A stretch of DNA of 64,000 nucleotides from Holophagaceae bacterium. GTDB taxonomy: Bacteria; Acidobacteriota; Holophagae; Holophagales; Holophagaceae. The notes beneath the pieces were generated by a model. That model had not been told where the DNA came from and searched no databases. It saw only the letters and a list, made by a program, of their open reading frames with translations. Within the stretch, counting starts at the first letter, position 1, and each line of letters opens with the position of its first letter. The position numbers and the translations under genes were made by a program. Below are positions 18,592 through 27,342 of this stretch, in pieces. The stretch lies in NCBI GenBank assembly GCA_043723905.1, contig JAYSNJ010000120.1:608-64607 (forward strand), written 5' to 3'.

Positions 18592-19248
18592 TCACTTCAC
18601 AAGTACCGCCATCCACGGATCCAGCTTGGGGGCTAGATAGGCCGCCACGTTCCAGACCCACAGGGCCGTGACTGCACCGGTGAAGACATCCATGGTGTAG
18701 TGCGCCCGGAGGACCAGCACGGTGCAGACCTCGATGAGGGCGATGGCGATGCCCACACCGATGGCGATGGGCCCGCCGATCTGAGCCAGTTCGATGCAGC
18801 CGAAGACCGCGATGGCCGTGTGCCCGGAGAAGAAGAGATCCGAGGCTGTGCCGTAGGTCACCAGCAGGGAGGGGAAACCAGGATGGCGCCAGATCATCCC
18901 TTCGGGCGAGGGCAGGGCGCAGAGGCCCTGGCAGAGCTGGCGCAGGGAGAAGAGGATGATCAGCCCGATGAAGGGGCGCAGGCTGGGACCGAAGATCGAG
19001 ATCCCCACGATGAAGATCCCCAACAGATCGATGAGGGCCGAGGTGCCGATGAGCAGGCCGTCGGCCCAGGCCGTGTGCTCCCGGAGGAACCGGTTGATGG
19101 GCGCCGTGAATTCCAGCAGAGCGTCCCCGATGCGGCCTTCGGGAAAGGCGCGCTTGCCGATGAGGGCCTGGGTCCAGAACCAGGCGCAGAGGGCCAAGGC
19201 CACCATCAGCGCCCGGACTACCCACTGGGGCAGGTGCATCATGCCCAT
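18592..19248 (-). CDS. PAP2_C / sphingomyelin-synthase-like integral membrane phosphotransferase
   Basis: Polytopic membrane protein carrying DLFFSGHT and HYTMDV. These match the D3/D4 catalytic motifs (S-G-H-T, H-Y-T-x-D-V) of the SMS / PAP2 C-terminal family. Confidence 0.7.
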   Translation of the reverse strand: MGMMHLPQWVVRALMVALALCAWFWTQALIGKRAFPEGRIGDALLEFTAPINRFLREHTAWADGLLIGTSALIDLLGIFIVGISIFGPSLRPFIGLIILFSLRQLCQGLCALPSPEGMIWRHPGFPSLLVTYGTASDLFFSGHTAIAVFGCIELAQIGGPIAIGVGIAIALIEVCTVLVLRAHYTMDVFTGAVTALWVWNVAAYLAPKLDPWMAVLVK

Positions 19249-20495
19249 TCCTTGCCGCGCAGTTCAAAGGCCAGCCAGGCGGTGAAGACCAGGGAGGCGG
19301 CCCCTAATACGGAATAGGCCAGGGTGGGACGCAGGGCCGTGAGGGGGATGTAGAGGAGGCTGGCCGCCGCCATGCCGGAGAAGGAGGCGAAGTTGGCCGA
19401 GGCCCACACGGCGCCCTTGCGCGCCGGGGCGGGGCGGATCTGGAGGAAGCTCTCGCAGGGGATCAGGAAGAGACCTCCCGCCATGCCCGCCAGACCGATG
19501 AGGACGTACAGCAGGGGCACCTGGGCCGAGAGAGGTAACTGCGGGACACCGCCGATGGCCAGCATGATCAGGCCCATGGCGATCCCGGCGGGAGGCAGCA
19601 CCTTGAACCAGCGGCTGCCCTTGGCGTACCGGGCCGACAGCAGCCCTCCCAGGGCGAGGCCCACCAGCTGGCTGGCCACCAGCAGACTGGTGCGGGAATC
19701 GTTGAGGTGGAACTGGAGCTTGCCCAGGCTGTTGATCACCAGGAGCTGGAAGACCCCCACGGACCAGATGAAGACATCCGCCACCAGGATCCGACCCAGC
19801 TGACGGTCCTTCCAGACTTCGACGAGCTCCCGGACCGTGTCCAGGGGCCCCGTCCAGGGGAAGGGCCGACCCGGATCCGCCGCCGCCCGGGAGGGGATCC
19901 CGAAACTCACGATGAGCCCCAGCACGGCGTAGAGGATCACCGCCAGGCCGACCATGGCGTGGCCCCGGGAGGCCCCGAAGATGGGCGCGCCCTTGAGATC
20001 CAACACGAAGCCCGAGAAGGAAATCCCGATGAGGATGCCCACGGTGATGATCATCCTCAGGACGGCATTGGCCTTGGTCACATAGCTGGAGGGAAACAGC
20101 TCGGGAATGGAGCCGTTGAGGGCGGGGCTGAAGAAGGTGGACTGGGTGCCCATGATGGCCACCATGGCCACCATGATCCAGAGATTGCCCAGGATGATCC
20201 CCAGGGCCCCCACCAGGGCGGCCAGCATCTCCACCGTCTTGGCGCTGATCACCACGTTCCGCTTGGGATAGCGGTCCGCCATCCAGCCCGCCGGCGCGGC
20301 AAAGAGGATGAAGGGCACGGTGAAGGCGATCCCCGCGGCCCCCTGGAACTTCTCCCGCCCCGCCGCCAGGGCCATGAGCATCACCGCCTGCTTGAAGAAA
20401 TTGTCATTGAAGGTGCCCAAAAAATAGGAGGCCGCCATGGCGGCGAACTTCCCTCGGGCCTGATGAATCTGGGCGGTCTCGACGGCATCCGTCAT
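19239..20495 (-). CDS. lplT: MFS transporter, lysophospholipid transporter LplT-like
   Basis: FLGTFNDNFFKQA, FILFAAPAGWMADRYPKRNV and FFSPALNGSIPELF..KANAVL parallel E. coli LplT blocks as I recall them. Stop overlaps the PAP2_C start (ATGGGCATGA). Start chosen at ATG 20495. Confidence 0.7.
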   Translation of the reverse strand: MTDAVETAQIHQARGKFAAMAASYFLGTFNDNFFKQAVMLMALAAGREKFQGAAGIAFTVPFILFAAPAGWMADRYPKRNVVISAKTVEMLAALVGALGIILGNLWIMVAMVAIMGTQSTFFSPALNGSIPELFPSSYVTKANAVLRMIITVGILIGISFSGFVLDLKGAPIFGASRGHAMVGLAVILYAVLGLIVSFGIPSRAAADPGRPFPWTGPLDTVRELVEVWKDRQLGRILVADVFIWSVGVFQLLVINSLGKLQFHLNDSRTSLLVASQLVGLALGGLLSARYAKGSRWFKVLPPAGIAMGLIMLAIGGVPQLPLSAQVPLLYVLIGLAGMAGGLFLIPCESFLQIRPAPARKGAVWASANFASFSGMAAASLLYIPLTALRPTLAYSVLGAASLVFTAWLAFELRGKEWA

Positions 20496-20612
20496 GCATT
20501 CTCCGGGAAGGGTCACGTGTCCATGGGTGGAGCTTGGGTTCGCGAACGATCCTTGAGCCTATCGCAGGAAGGCCTGCGACTTCGGCAAGGGGACGTTCTC
20601 AATGTCAGGGAT

Positions 20613-20968
20613 TCAGACCAGGGGCTGGTAGTGCTTGCGAAAGACCGGGGGGCGGTTGGAATAAAGGATGGATCCCGCCCCGATCAGCGCGAAGAAGAGA
20701 CTGATCCCCCCCGAGCCCGCGGAGTAGTTGATCTCCACGAAATGCTGGGCGACCCGACGGGCCAGGTCGAGCGTCACGGGTTCGGCCAGTTGGCTCGAGG
20801 AGGCCAGCAGGACGAAGACGTAATCACCCCCGATCGCCGGGCCCAGGCCGCGGACACCAGGAAGCCCTGCATCGAGCCGGCCGCGAAGGATTCACCGAAG
20901 AGGCCGCCCTTGCTGACAGGATGAAGCCCTCCGATCCGAGCCAGTTCAGACACCTTTCGCTTCGACAT
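20613..20968 (-). pseudogene. small conserved-looking gene split over two reading frames (frameshift, or an indel in the assembly)
   Basis: ATG at 20968 with GGAGG RBS opens a 64-codon frame. A second frame with strong G+C3 bias (GLGPAIGGDYVFVLLASSSQLAEPVTLDLARRVAQHFVEINYSAGSGG...) runs to TGA at 20613 but has no start codon of its own. The two frames are both open only within 20777..20891. Confidence 0.35.
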
Positions 20969-20981
20969 TGGGGCCTCCGGA

Positions 20982-21962
20982 ATGAGTCCCATGGTACATG
21001 CTGATGTTCGGCCTCCGGGCCACCCGGGCGAAAGGCCAGGGATCCTGTGGTCTTGCAGCCCCGTCCAGGCTCCATTCGGAGAATGTCTTCTGCGCTACGT
21101 CGAACCCCTCTTCCGCCCTCCCAGTGAGGCCGACTCCTTCATCCTGCAGGCCACCCTGGGGTGTTCCTGGAATGCCTGCACCTACTGCGCCATGTACCGG
21201 GACAAGCAGTACCGGGTGAGACCCCTCGATGAAGTCCTGGCGGAAATCGCCGAAGCGGGTGCCCGGATGTCAGACGATGTGCGCCACGTCTTCGTGGCCG
21301 ACGGCGATCCCCTGGGAATGGAACTCGGAATGTGGGAACCCATCCTCCTCGCCCTGGCTTCGGCCTTCCCCCGCCTCCGGCGCGTCAGTACGTACGCCAC
21401 CGCGCGCAATCTGCTGGAGAAAGCACCCGCAGACCTGAAGCGCCTGAGGGAACTGGGGCTCTCGCTCCTCTATATCGGGCCCGAATCCGGCGACGATACG
21501 ACCCTCCGGCGCCTGGCCAAGGGGGCCAGCGCGAGCGAGCACATCGAGGCTTCCCAGAGGGCCATGGAAGCGGGGATGGAGCAGTCGCTGATGTTCCTGC
21601 TGGGCGCCGGAGGGCGCGAGCGCAGCGAGGAGCATGCGAGAGCCTCGGGGCGCCTCGCCACGGCCATGGACCCCCGCTTCCTCTCCACCCTCACCCTCAC
21701 GGTGGTGCCCGGCACGCCCATCTCGAAGCTGAAGGAGCAGGGGCGCTTCGAGCTGCCGGATGTTCCCGCACTGCTCAGGGAGCTGCGCTGGTTCATCGAG
21801 GAGGCCCGCCCCCACGCCGCCATCTTCCGCGCCAACCACGCCTCCAACTACCTGCCCATCGCGGGCCGCCTGCCCCGGGACCGGGAGGCCATCCTCGCCA
21901 CCCTCGACGAGGCGCTGGCAGGGCGTCTGCCCCTGCGGCCGGAGTGGAGGCGGGGGCTGTAG
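20982..21962 (+). CDS. radical SAM protein (single-domain, ~320 aa)
   Basis: Cluster motif LGCSWNACTYCAMY. Its spacing is C-x4-C-x2-C as read from the nucleotides. GDPL and YIGPESG radical-SAM core elements. Confidence 0.75.
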   Translation: MSPMVHADVRPPGHPGERPGILWSCSPVQAPFGECLLRYVEPLFRPPSEADSFILQATLGCSWNACTYCAMYRDKQYRVRPLDEVLAEIAEAGARMSDDVRHVFVADGDPLGMELGMWEPILLALASAFPRLRRVSTYATARNLLEKAPADLKRLRELGLSLLYIGPESGDDTTLRRLAKGASASEHIEASQRAMEAGMEQSLMFLLGAGGRERSEEHARASGRLATAMDPRFLSTLTLTVVPGTPISKLKEQGRFELPDVPALLRELRWFIEEARPHAAIFRANHASNYLPIAGRLPRDREAILATLDEALAGRLPLRPEWRRGL

Positions 21963-22067
21963 GAAGTCGCCCCGGGAAGGGATCCGGGGTTCATCGATTA
22001 CACTGCCTACCGTCCCAGGACTCCGGCCACTCCCTGATCCTTTTCACCTCCAACATCCCGGATTCCC

Positions 22068-23123
22068 ATGCGCGCTAAACCGTCCCACACGAGCAAACCC
22101 ACCATCGGGAAGGCCCGCCGGCATCGGGATCCGCAAGGCCCCGGGCCCACCGAGACTCCCCGTCCCCCCAAGACGGGCCTCCACCCCCGGAACCGGCACG
22201 GGGAGGGGTACGACTTCCTGCAGCTCCTGAAGAGCTGCCCGGAGCTGGTCCCCTTCGTCTCAAGGAATGCGTACGGCAATGAATCCATCGATTTCGCCGA
22301 TCCCGCAGCGGTCCGAGCCCTCAACAGGGCGCTGCTGATCACGTACTACGGGATTTCGACGTGGGAGCTGCCGCCCCTTTACCTCTGCCCCCCCGTGCCC
22401 GGCAGGGCCGACTACCTCCATCACCTCGCCGATCTGCTGGGTTCCTCCAATGGCGGCACCATCCCCCGGGGCGCCTCCATCCGGATCCTGGATATCGGCG
22501 TCGGCGCGAACTGCGTCTACCCCCTCATCGGCCATCACGAATACGGCTGGAGCTTCCTGGGCTCCGATATCGATCCCCTCGCCCTGGGCGCAGCAGGGCG
22601 GATCCTCAGCGAGAACCCCGGCCTGGACGAGGCCATCCAGCTGCGCCTGCAGCCCACCCCGCCCCACGTCCTGAAGTGCCTCCTCCAGTTCGGGGAGGTG
22701 TTCGATGCCTCCATCTGCAATCCGCCCTTCCACGGGTCCCCCGGGGAGGCCCAGGAGGGTTCAAAGCGGAAGTGGCAGAACCTGGGCCGAGCCCCGGAGA
22801 CACCCAGGGCCCCGGTCCTGAATTTCGGTGGCCAGAGCGCCGAGCTCTGGTGCGAGGGCGGCGAAGTGGCCTTCGTGCGCCGCCTCATCCAGGAGAGCGC
22901 CCTGATCCCCACCAAGTGCTTCTGGTTCACCTCGCTCCTGTCCAAGGAGGCCAGCCTCCCCAGCGTGCGGCGCGCCCTCAAGAAGGTGGGCGCCCTGGAG
23001 ACCCGGATCCTGGACATGGCCCAGGGGCAGAAGAAGAGCCGCATCGTAGCCTGGACCTTCCTCACCCGGGAGCAGCAGAACGAGTGGCGAGCGCGGCACT
23101 GGGGCCCGGGAAAGAGTCCCTAG
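22068..23123 (+). CDS. rlmF: 23S rRNA (adenine(1618)-N6)-methyltransferase
   Basis: GLHPRNRH, LCPPVPGRADYLHHLADLL, ICNPPFH, NFGGQSAELWCEGGE and AQGQKKSRIVAWTF closely follow E. coli RlmF/YbiN. About 35-aa N-terminal extension. Confidence 0.9.
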   Translation: MRAKPSHTSKPTIGKARRHRDPQGPGPTETPRPPKTGLHPRNRHGEGYDFLQLLKSCPELVPFVSRNAYGNESIDFADPAAVRALNRALLITYYGISTWELPPLYLCPPVPGRADYLHHLADLLGSSNGGTIPRGASIRILDIGVGANCVYPLIGHHEYGWSFLGSDIDPLALGAAGRILSENPGLDEAIQLRLQPTPPHVLKCLLQFGEVFDASICNPPFHGSPGEAQEGSKRKWQNLGRAPETPRAPVLNFGGQSAELWCEGGEVAFVRRLIQESALIPTKCFWFTSLLSKEASLPSVRRALKKVGALETRILDMAQGQKKSRIVAWTFLTREQQNEWRARHWGPGKSP

Positions 23124-23659
23124 GGCGAAGGGGTCCGCCCCTTCCGGGGTCGGCGGGGCCCGGGAGCGGAATGGCGGCCATTGGCGGCATCCACCTCGTC
23201 GATCCAGCCCGCGGGCGAATCCTGGAAGGCGTCGGCGTAGGGCACGTAGGGTTTGATATCCAGCACCGGCGTGGCGTCCAGAAGATCCACGCCCCGCAGG
23301 CGCAGGCAGCGCCCCTCCACGGCCACCAGTTCCACGGCGGAGAGGCCGATGGCGTTGGGGCGATGGGGGGAGCGGGTGGCCAGCACGCCGCGCTTGATGC
23401 GGGGGCCCCGGGGCGGCACCACGAGGGGCTTCCAACCCTCGTTGCGATGGAACACGAAGATCACCCAGATCCGGGCAAAACCCTCCAGGCCCCGCAGGGC
23501 CTCCTCGGGCACACCGGGCACGAGCTCGAGGATGGCCTCGGCGGCATCCCCCGTCTCCAGACCCTCGATGACGGAAGACTGGTGGGGAGCGTCAATCCGC
23601 CGCAGATAGGGCGAGTGGATGAATCCGATGGGGGAAAAGGTGAAAGGAGCGTCTGGCAT
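23120..23659 (-). CDS. trmO: tRNA (N6-threonylcarbamoyladenosine(37)-N6)-methyltransferase
   Basis: Start chosen at MPDAPFTFSPIGFIHSPY. FARIWVIFVFH, ATRSPHRPNAIGLS and DATPVLDIKPYVPYAD match YaeB/TrmO. Stop overlaps the rlmF stop (convergent CTAG). Confidence 0.85.
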   Translation of the reverse strand: MPDAPFTFSPIGFIHSPYLRRIDAPHQSSVIEGLETGDAAEAILELVPGVPEEALRGLEGFARIWVIFVFHRNEGWKPLVVPPRGPRIKRGVLATRSPHRPNAIGLSAVELVAVEGRCLRLRGVDLLDATPVLDIKPYVPYADAFQDSPAGWIDEVDAANGRHSAPGPRRPRKGRTPSP

Positions 23660-23737
23660 CCCCGCCAGACTAGCGCACCCAGCGCGATTGCGAACCCGGC
23701 CCTTCCGGGGCCGGGATCCGCTAGGCTCGAATCTGAT

Positions 23738-25342
23738 ATGCGCATCGCCTTCATCACCCCTCCCCTCATCAAGCCCGCCGAGCCCGGCCTCTCCGCCGCG
23801 GCCGCGGCGGCCGCCTTCCGGAGCCGCGGCGTGGACGCCTTCGATATCGACGGCAGCCTTGGCTGGTACCGGCACACCTTCGCCCCCGGGAATCTGGAGT
23901 CGGCACTCCAGCTGGCCGAGGCGGAGGGCTATTCGGCGGGCTCCCTCCAGGCCTTCCGTCAGGCCCAGCGGGAACTGGCCCTGCCCAGATCCCCTCTCCA
24001 GAAGCCCGAGACCTTTGCCCAACGCCGGGTCTACAGTTCCGCCGTCAGCCATCTGGTCAACGGCCTGCGCCTGGCCTCCGTGCCCCATCCGGGTTTCCAT
24101 CTGCGGCTGGCGGATGTGGAGGTAGAGGGCCGTCGCCCCCAGGATTCTGCGGACCTGGAGGCCCTCGCCCGGGTGCCGGGCCCCTTCGACGCCTACTTCC
24201 TGGAGGAACTCATCCCCCGGCTCGAGACCGAGGGGGTCACTCACGTGGGCCTCTCCCTCACCTTCCTGAACCAGGCCTTCGCCACCTTCCGCCTGGCCTT
24301 CCTGCTGGCGGAACGGCTGCCCGGTGTCCAGCGGATCCTGGGAGGGCCCCTGGTGGCCTGCTGGAGCGCCGTGGGCGCTGCCCTGGATACGCCCGCCTTC
24401 CAGCGCTTCCACCGGATCCTGGCCACCACCTCGGAGGCGGAGATGGACGCCCTGGCCCTGGAGCTGGGGGGCAACCTGGACTTGGAAGAGGGCGTCCTGG
24501 CGCCGGACTTCGCGGCCACACCCTGGGAGGCCTACCTGGTACCCCTGCCCACCGTGCCCGTGGCCCTGGGGCGAGGCTGCTACTGGCGCCGCTGCGCATT
24601 CTGCCCCGACTACCTGCACCCCGCCTACCGGCCCGGTTCCCGGGACGCCTTGGCCGATTGGCTTGGAGCCGTGGCAGCCCGCTTCCCGGAGGGGGCCATG
24701 CTGCACCTGACGGATTCCGCCCTCTCGCCCGCCCACCTGGAGCGCATCGCGGACGTGATTCGCGCCGGCTCACTGCCCCTGCGCTGGCACGGCTTCGTGC
24801 GGCTGGAGGCCCGCTTCGGGGACCGGGCATTCGCCCACCACCTCGCCGAGGGCGGCTGCGCCATGCTCCAGTGGGGCCTGGAGACCGCGGCCCCGCGGCT
24901 GCTGGAGCTCATGGACAAGGGCGTGTCCCCGGAACAGGCGCGGCGCGCCCTGCAAAGCTCCGCCGATGCGGGGATCAAGAACCACGCCTACCTGCTCTTC
25001 GGCCTGCCCACGGAGACCGAGGCCGATCGGGAGACGACCCTGGCCTTCATCCAGGACGAGGCCGCGTCCCTGCACGATCTCAACGCCTCCATCCTGAATC
25101 TGCCCCGGCGCAGCCCCATGCACGATGAGCCCGAGCGCTACGGCATCACGAGCCTCAGTTCCTTCGGCCACCACACGGACCTGTCTCTCTACGCCGACTT
25201 CCGCTGCGGGGATTCCCACCCCAGGGTGGAGGCCCGCCGCTGGCTCTCCGCACGCTTCCTGAAGGACGCCACCGTGAAGAAGATCCTGGGGGACCTGAAC
25301 GGGCCCTTCAAGGAGAACCATTCCTGCTTCCTGCCCAGGTGA
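23738..25342 (+). CDS. radical SAM protein with N-terminal B12-binding-like (Rossmann) domain
   Basis: Start chosen at MRIAFITPPLIKP. Cluster motif GRGCYWRRCAFCPDY (C-x4-C-x2-C). The upstream 459 codons of ORF 22361..25342 overlap rlmF/trmO and were discarded. Confidence 0.7.
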   Translation: MRIAFITPPLIKPAEPGLSAAAAAAAFRSRGVDAFDIDGSLGWYRHTFAPGNLESALQLAEAEGYSAGSLQAFRQAQRELALPRSPLQKPETFAQRRVYSSAVSHLVNGLRLASVPHPGFHLRLADVEVEGRRPQDSADLEALARVPGPFDAYFLEELIPRLETEGVTHVGLSLTFLNQAFATFRLAFLLAERLPGVQRILGGPLVACWSAVGAALDTPAFQRFHRILATTSEAEMDALALELGGNLDLEEGVLAPDFAATPWEAYLVPLPTVPVALGRGCYWRRCAFCPDYLHPAYRPGSRDALADWLGAVAARFPEGAMLHLTDSALSPAHLERIADVIRAGSLPLRWHGFVRLEARFGDRAFAHHLAEGGCAMLQWGLETAAPRLLELMDKGVSPEQARRALQSSADAGIKNHAYLLFGLPTETEADRETTLAFIQDEAASLHDLNASILNLPRRSPMHDEPERYGITSLSSFGHHTDLSLYADFRCGDSHPRVEARRWLSARFLKDATVKKILGDLNGPFKENHSCFLPR

Positions 25343-25469
25343 TCGGCGTATCCTGCGGGAGAACCCGGAGAGGCCCTTGGAGGCGGAATCCACCACCCAT
25401 CACACCCCATCGGAGGCCCTGGCCCGCCTGGGCAGGGGTGTCGGCGAGCCTCCGGCAACGGCCCTGGGC

Positions 25470-25970
25470 ATGACACGGGAAGAGATCCTGGCCAGGCTCC
25501 GTGAAAGGATCGTCGGTTTCGCGGCATCCAGGTATACGAGGGAAGGCGCCGAGGACCTGGCGCAGGAGGTGCTCGTGGTGCTCCATGAGAGGTACGGCCA
25601 ACTGGAACGGATGGAGGACCTGCTGCCCCTGGCCTTCCAGATCCTGCGCTTCAAGGCCTTCGCGCTGCGGCGCAAGAGCGTCCGGCACGGGGAACATACC
25701 CAGGTCTCCGTGGACGAATTCCCCCTGGCCGGGGACGCCCCGGACGCCGAGGCCTTGCTGGCCCGCAAGGAGCTGCTGGCCCGCCTGAGCGGGGGCATCG
25801 CCCAGATGGGGGAGCGCTGCCGGGAGCTCTTCCGCCTCAAGCTCCAGGGCCGGAGCTTCCCCGAGATCCGGGAAGTCATGGGCGCCGCAGTCCTGAACAC
25901 CGTCTACACCTGGGATCACCGCTGCCGGAAACAACTCCTCGTTCATATGGGTGGCAGGTGGGAACAATGA
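25470..25970 (+). CDS. ECF-type RNA polymerase sigma-70 family factor
   Basis: Region 2-like DLAQEVLVVLHERY and region 4-like CRELFRLKLQGRSFPEIREVMG. ATG at 25470 preferred over the TTG at 25377. Confidence 0.75.
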   Translation: MTREEILARLRERIVGFAASRYTREGAEDLAQEVLVVLHERYGQLERMEDLLPLAFQILRFKAFALRRKSVRHGEHTQVSVDEFPLAGDAPDAEALLARKELLARLSGGIAQMGERCRELFRLKLQGRSFPEIREVMGAAVLNTVYTWDHRCRKQLLVHMGGRWEQ

Positions 25971-26133
25971 GCCATCTTCGAGTCGTCGGGAAGACCCGCG
26001 GCGCGGGCTTGGCCCAAGCCGCGGGTGGGGGGCCGGGGGGGGACGCAGAGGCCCCAGGACTCCTTTCGCGCTGTTCACCCCATGCAGGGCCAAGCGGTCC
26101 ACCCCCGACAGCACTGTCCGGGAGGTGGGAGCC

Positions 26134-27240
26134 ATGAAGGCGGTCCGAGCGATGAGCCACCACGATGCGGAGAAACTGCTGGGTGGCTATGCGGCGGGAA
26201 TCCTCACCGATGAGGAAAGGACGGCCCTCTTCTCCGCCGCCCTGGAACACCAGGAACTCTTCGACGCCCTGGCCGACGAGGAAGCCCTCCGGGAGCTCCT
26301 CGCCGATCCCGAGGCCCGGCGTCATCTGCTGGCCCTCCTGAGCGATCCCGAGGTCAAGCGACCCATCAGGCTCTGGAGGCGTCCCGCCGTTCTCGGACTG
26401 GCGGCGAGCCTCTTCGCCATGGTGACGACCAGCGTGGTCCTATGGCAGCGGGAGCGACCCCTTCCCTTCACGCCTGTGGCTCAGAAAAGGGCGGACGAGT
26501 CGAAACAGCTCCCCGCCACTCCGGCGGCGGAAGCCTCTGCCACCGGGAAGCTGGCGACCAAGGGCAGCGCTCCAGAGAGGGCTCACCCGGGTGCCGCTGC
26601 CAAGGATGACGCACCGCTGGCAGCCCCCCCCGCTCCCATCGCTCCACAGGCGAGCCCCCTTGGGGCGGCCGCCAGCGAGGGGCAGCCGAAGATGAAGGCC
26701 GAAGCCTCCCTTGAAATGAAAAAGCAGACGGCACCAAGACCCCAGGCCGCCGCCGTGGTGGAGGTGATTTCAGCCGGTGCAGCGATGGACAAGAGCGAAT
26801 CGGCATCCAATTACGCCAGGGAAAGCCTGGAGCGGCTCCCGACGAACCGCGCCGCAGGTGGCGCCGCTGTTCTGACCCCCGGCATCGCCTCGGGGAACGT
26901 GCAGCCCTCCAGGAGCCTTCCCGCGGGAAAGAACCTCGTGAGGCCGGTGCCCCCACCGGACTGTGTCCTGGAGCGCCTCGATAACGGCAGGATGCGCCTC
27001 ACCGTCACCTGGGCCTCCGGGCACCATCTCTACGTCCTGAGACGCGGCGAGGCCGGCATTGCGCTGCTCAGGCCCCTCATATCCACACCGGACAGGGCTG
27101 GCGAGAGCCTGAGCACCTTCGAATTCCCCCTGGGACCGAAGGACCATGTGGATCTCTACCTGCTCCCTGAACCCGCATCCGACCCCAGGGCCCTTCCGGC
27201 GGAGGGTGTGCTCCCGGGGTACCGGAAGCGCCTGCTGTAG
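26134..27240 (+). CDS. putative anti-sigma factor (single-pass membrane protein)
   Basis: GGAGGTGGGA RBS. N-terminal LLGGYAAGILTDEERTALFSAALEHQELFDAL is typical of anti-sigma N-terminal domains. One TM segment (AVLGLAASLFAMVTTSVVLW). Located directly after the ECF sigma gene. Confidence 0.6.
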   Translation: MKAVRAMSHHDAEKLLGGYAAGILTDEERTALFSAALEHQELFDALADEEALRELLADPEARRHLLALLSDPEVKRPIRLWRRPAVLGLAASLFAMVTTSVVLWQRERPLPFTPVAQKRADESKQLPATPAAEASATGKLATKGSAPERAHPGAAAKDDAPLAAPPAPIAPQASPLGAAASEGQPKMKAEASLEMKKQTAPRPQAAAVVEVISAGAAMDKSESASNYARESLERLPTNRAAGGAAVLTPGIASGNVQPSRSLPAGKNLVRPVPPPDCVLERLDNGRMRLTVTWASGHHLYVLRRGEAGIALLRPLISTPDRAGESLSTFEFPLGPKDHVDLYLLPEPASDPRALPAEGVLPGYRKRLL

Positions 27241-27342
27241 GACCGCGAAGAATATCGTCCTCCGGGTGAAAGGGAGCTTCCCCTTCCGGCATTCCCTCTC
27301 TGAGACCCGCCATTCCGGCGCGACTGGTCCAGGAGGAGCCCC

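Noticed and set aside
26001-26026. GC-rich palindrome GGCTTGG-C-CCAAGCC between the sigma and anti-sigma genes as an attenuator.
   Set aside because: Only about 6 bp pair cleanly around a 3-nt loop and there is no T-run. Too weak to call.
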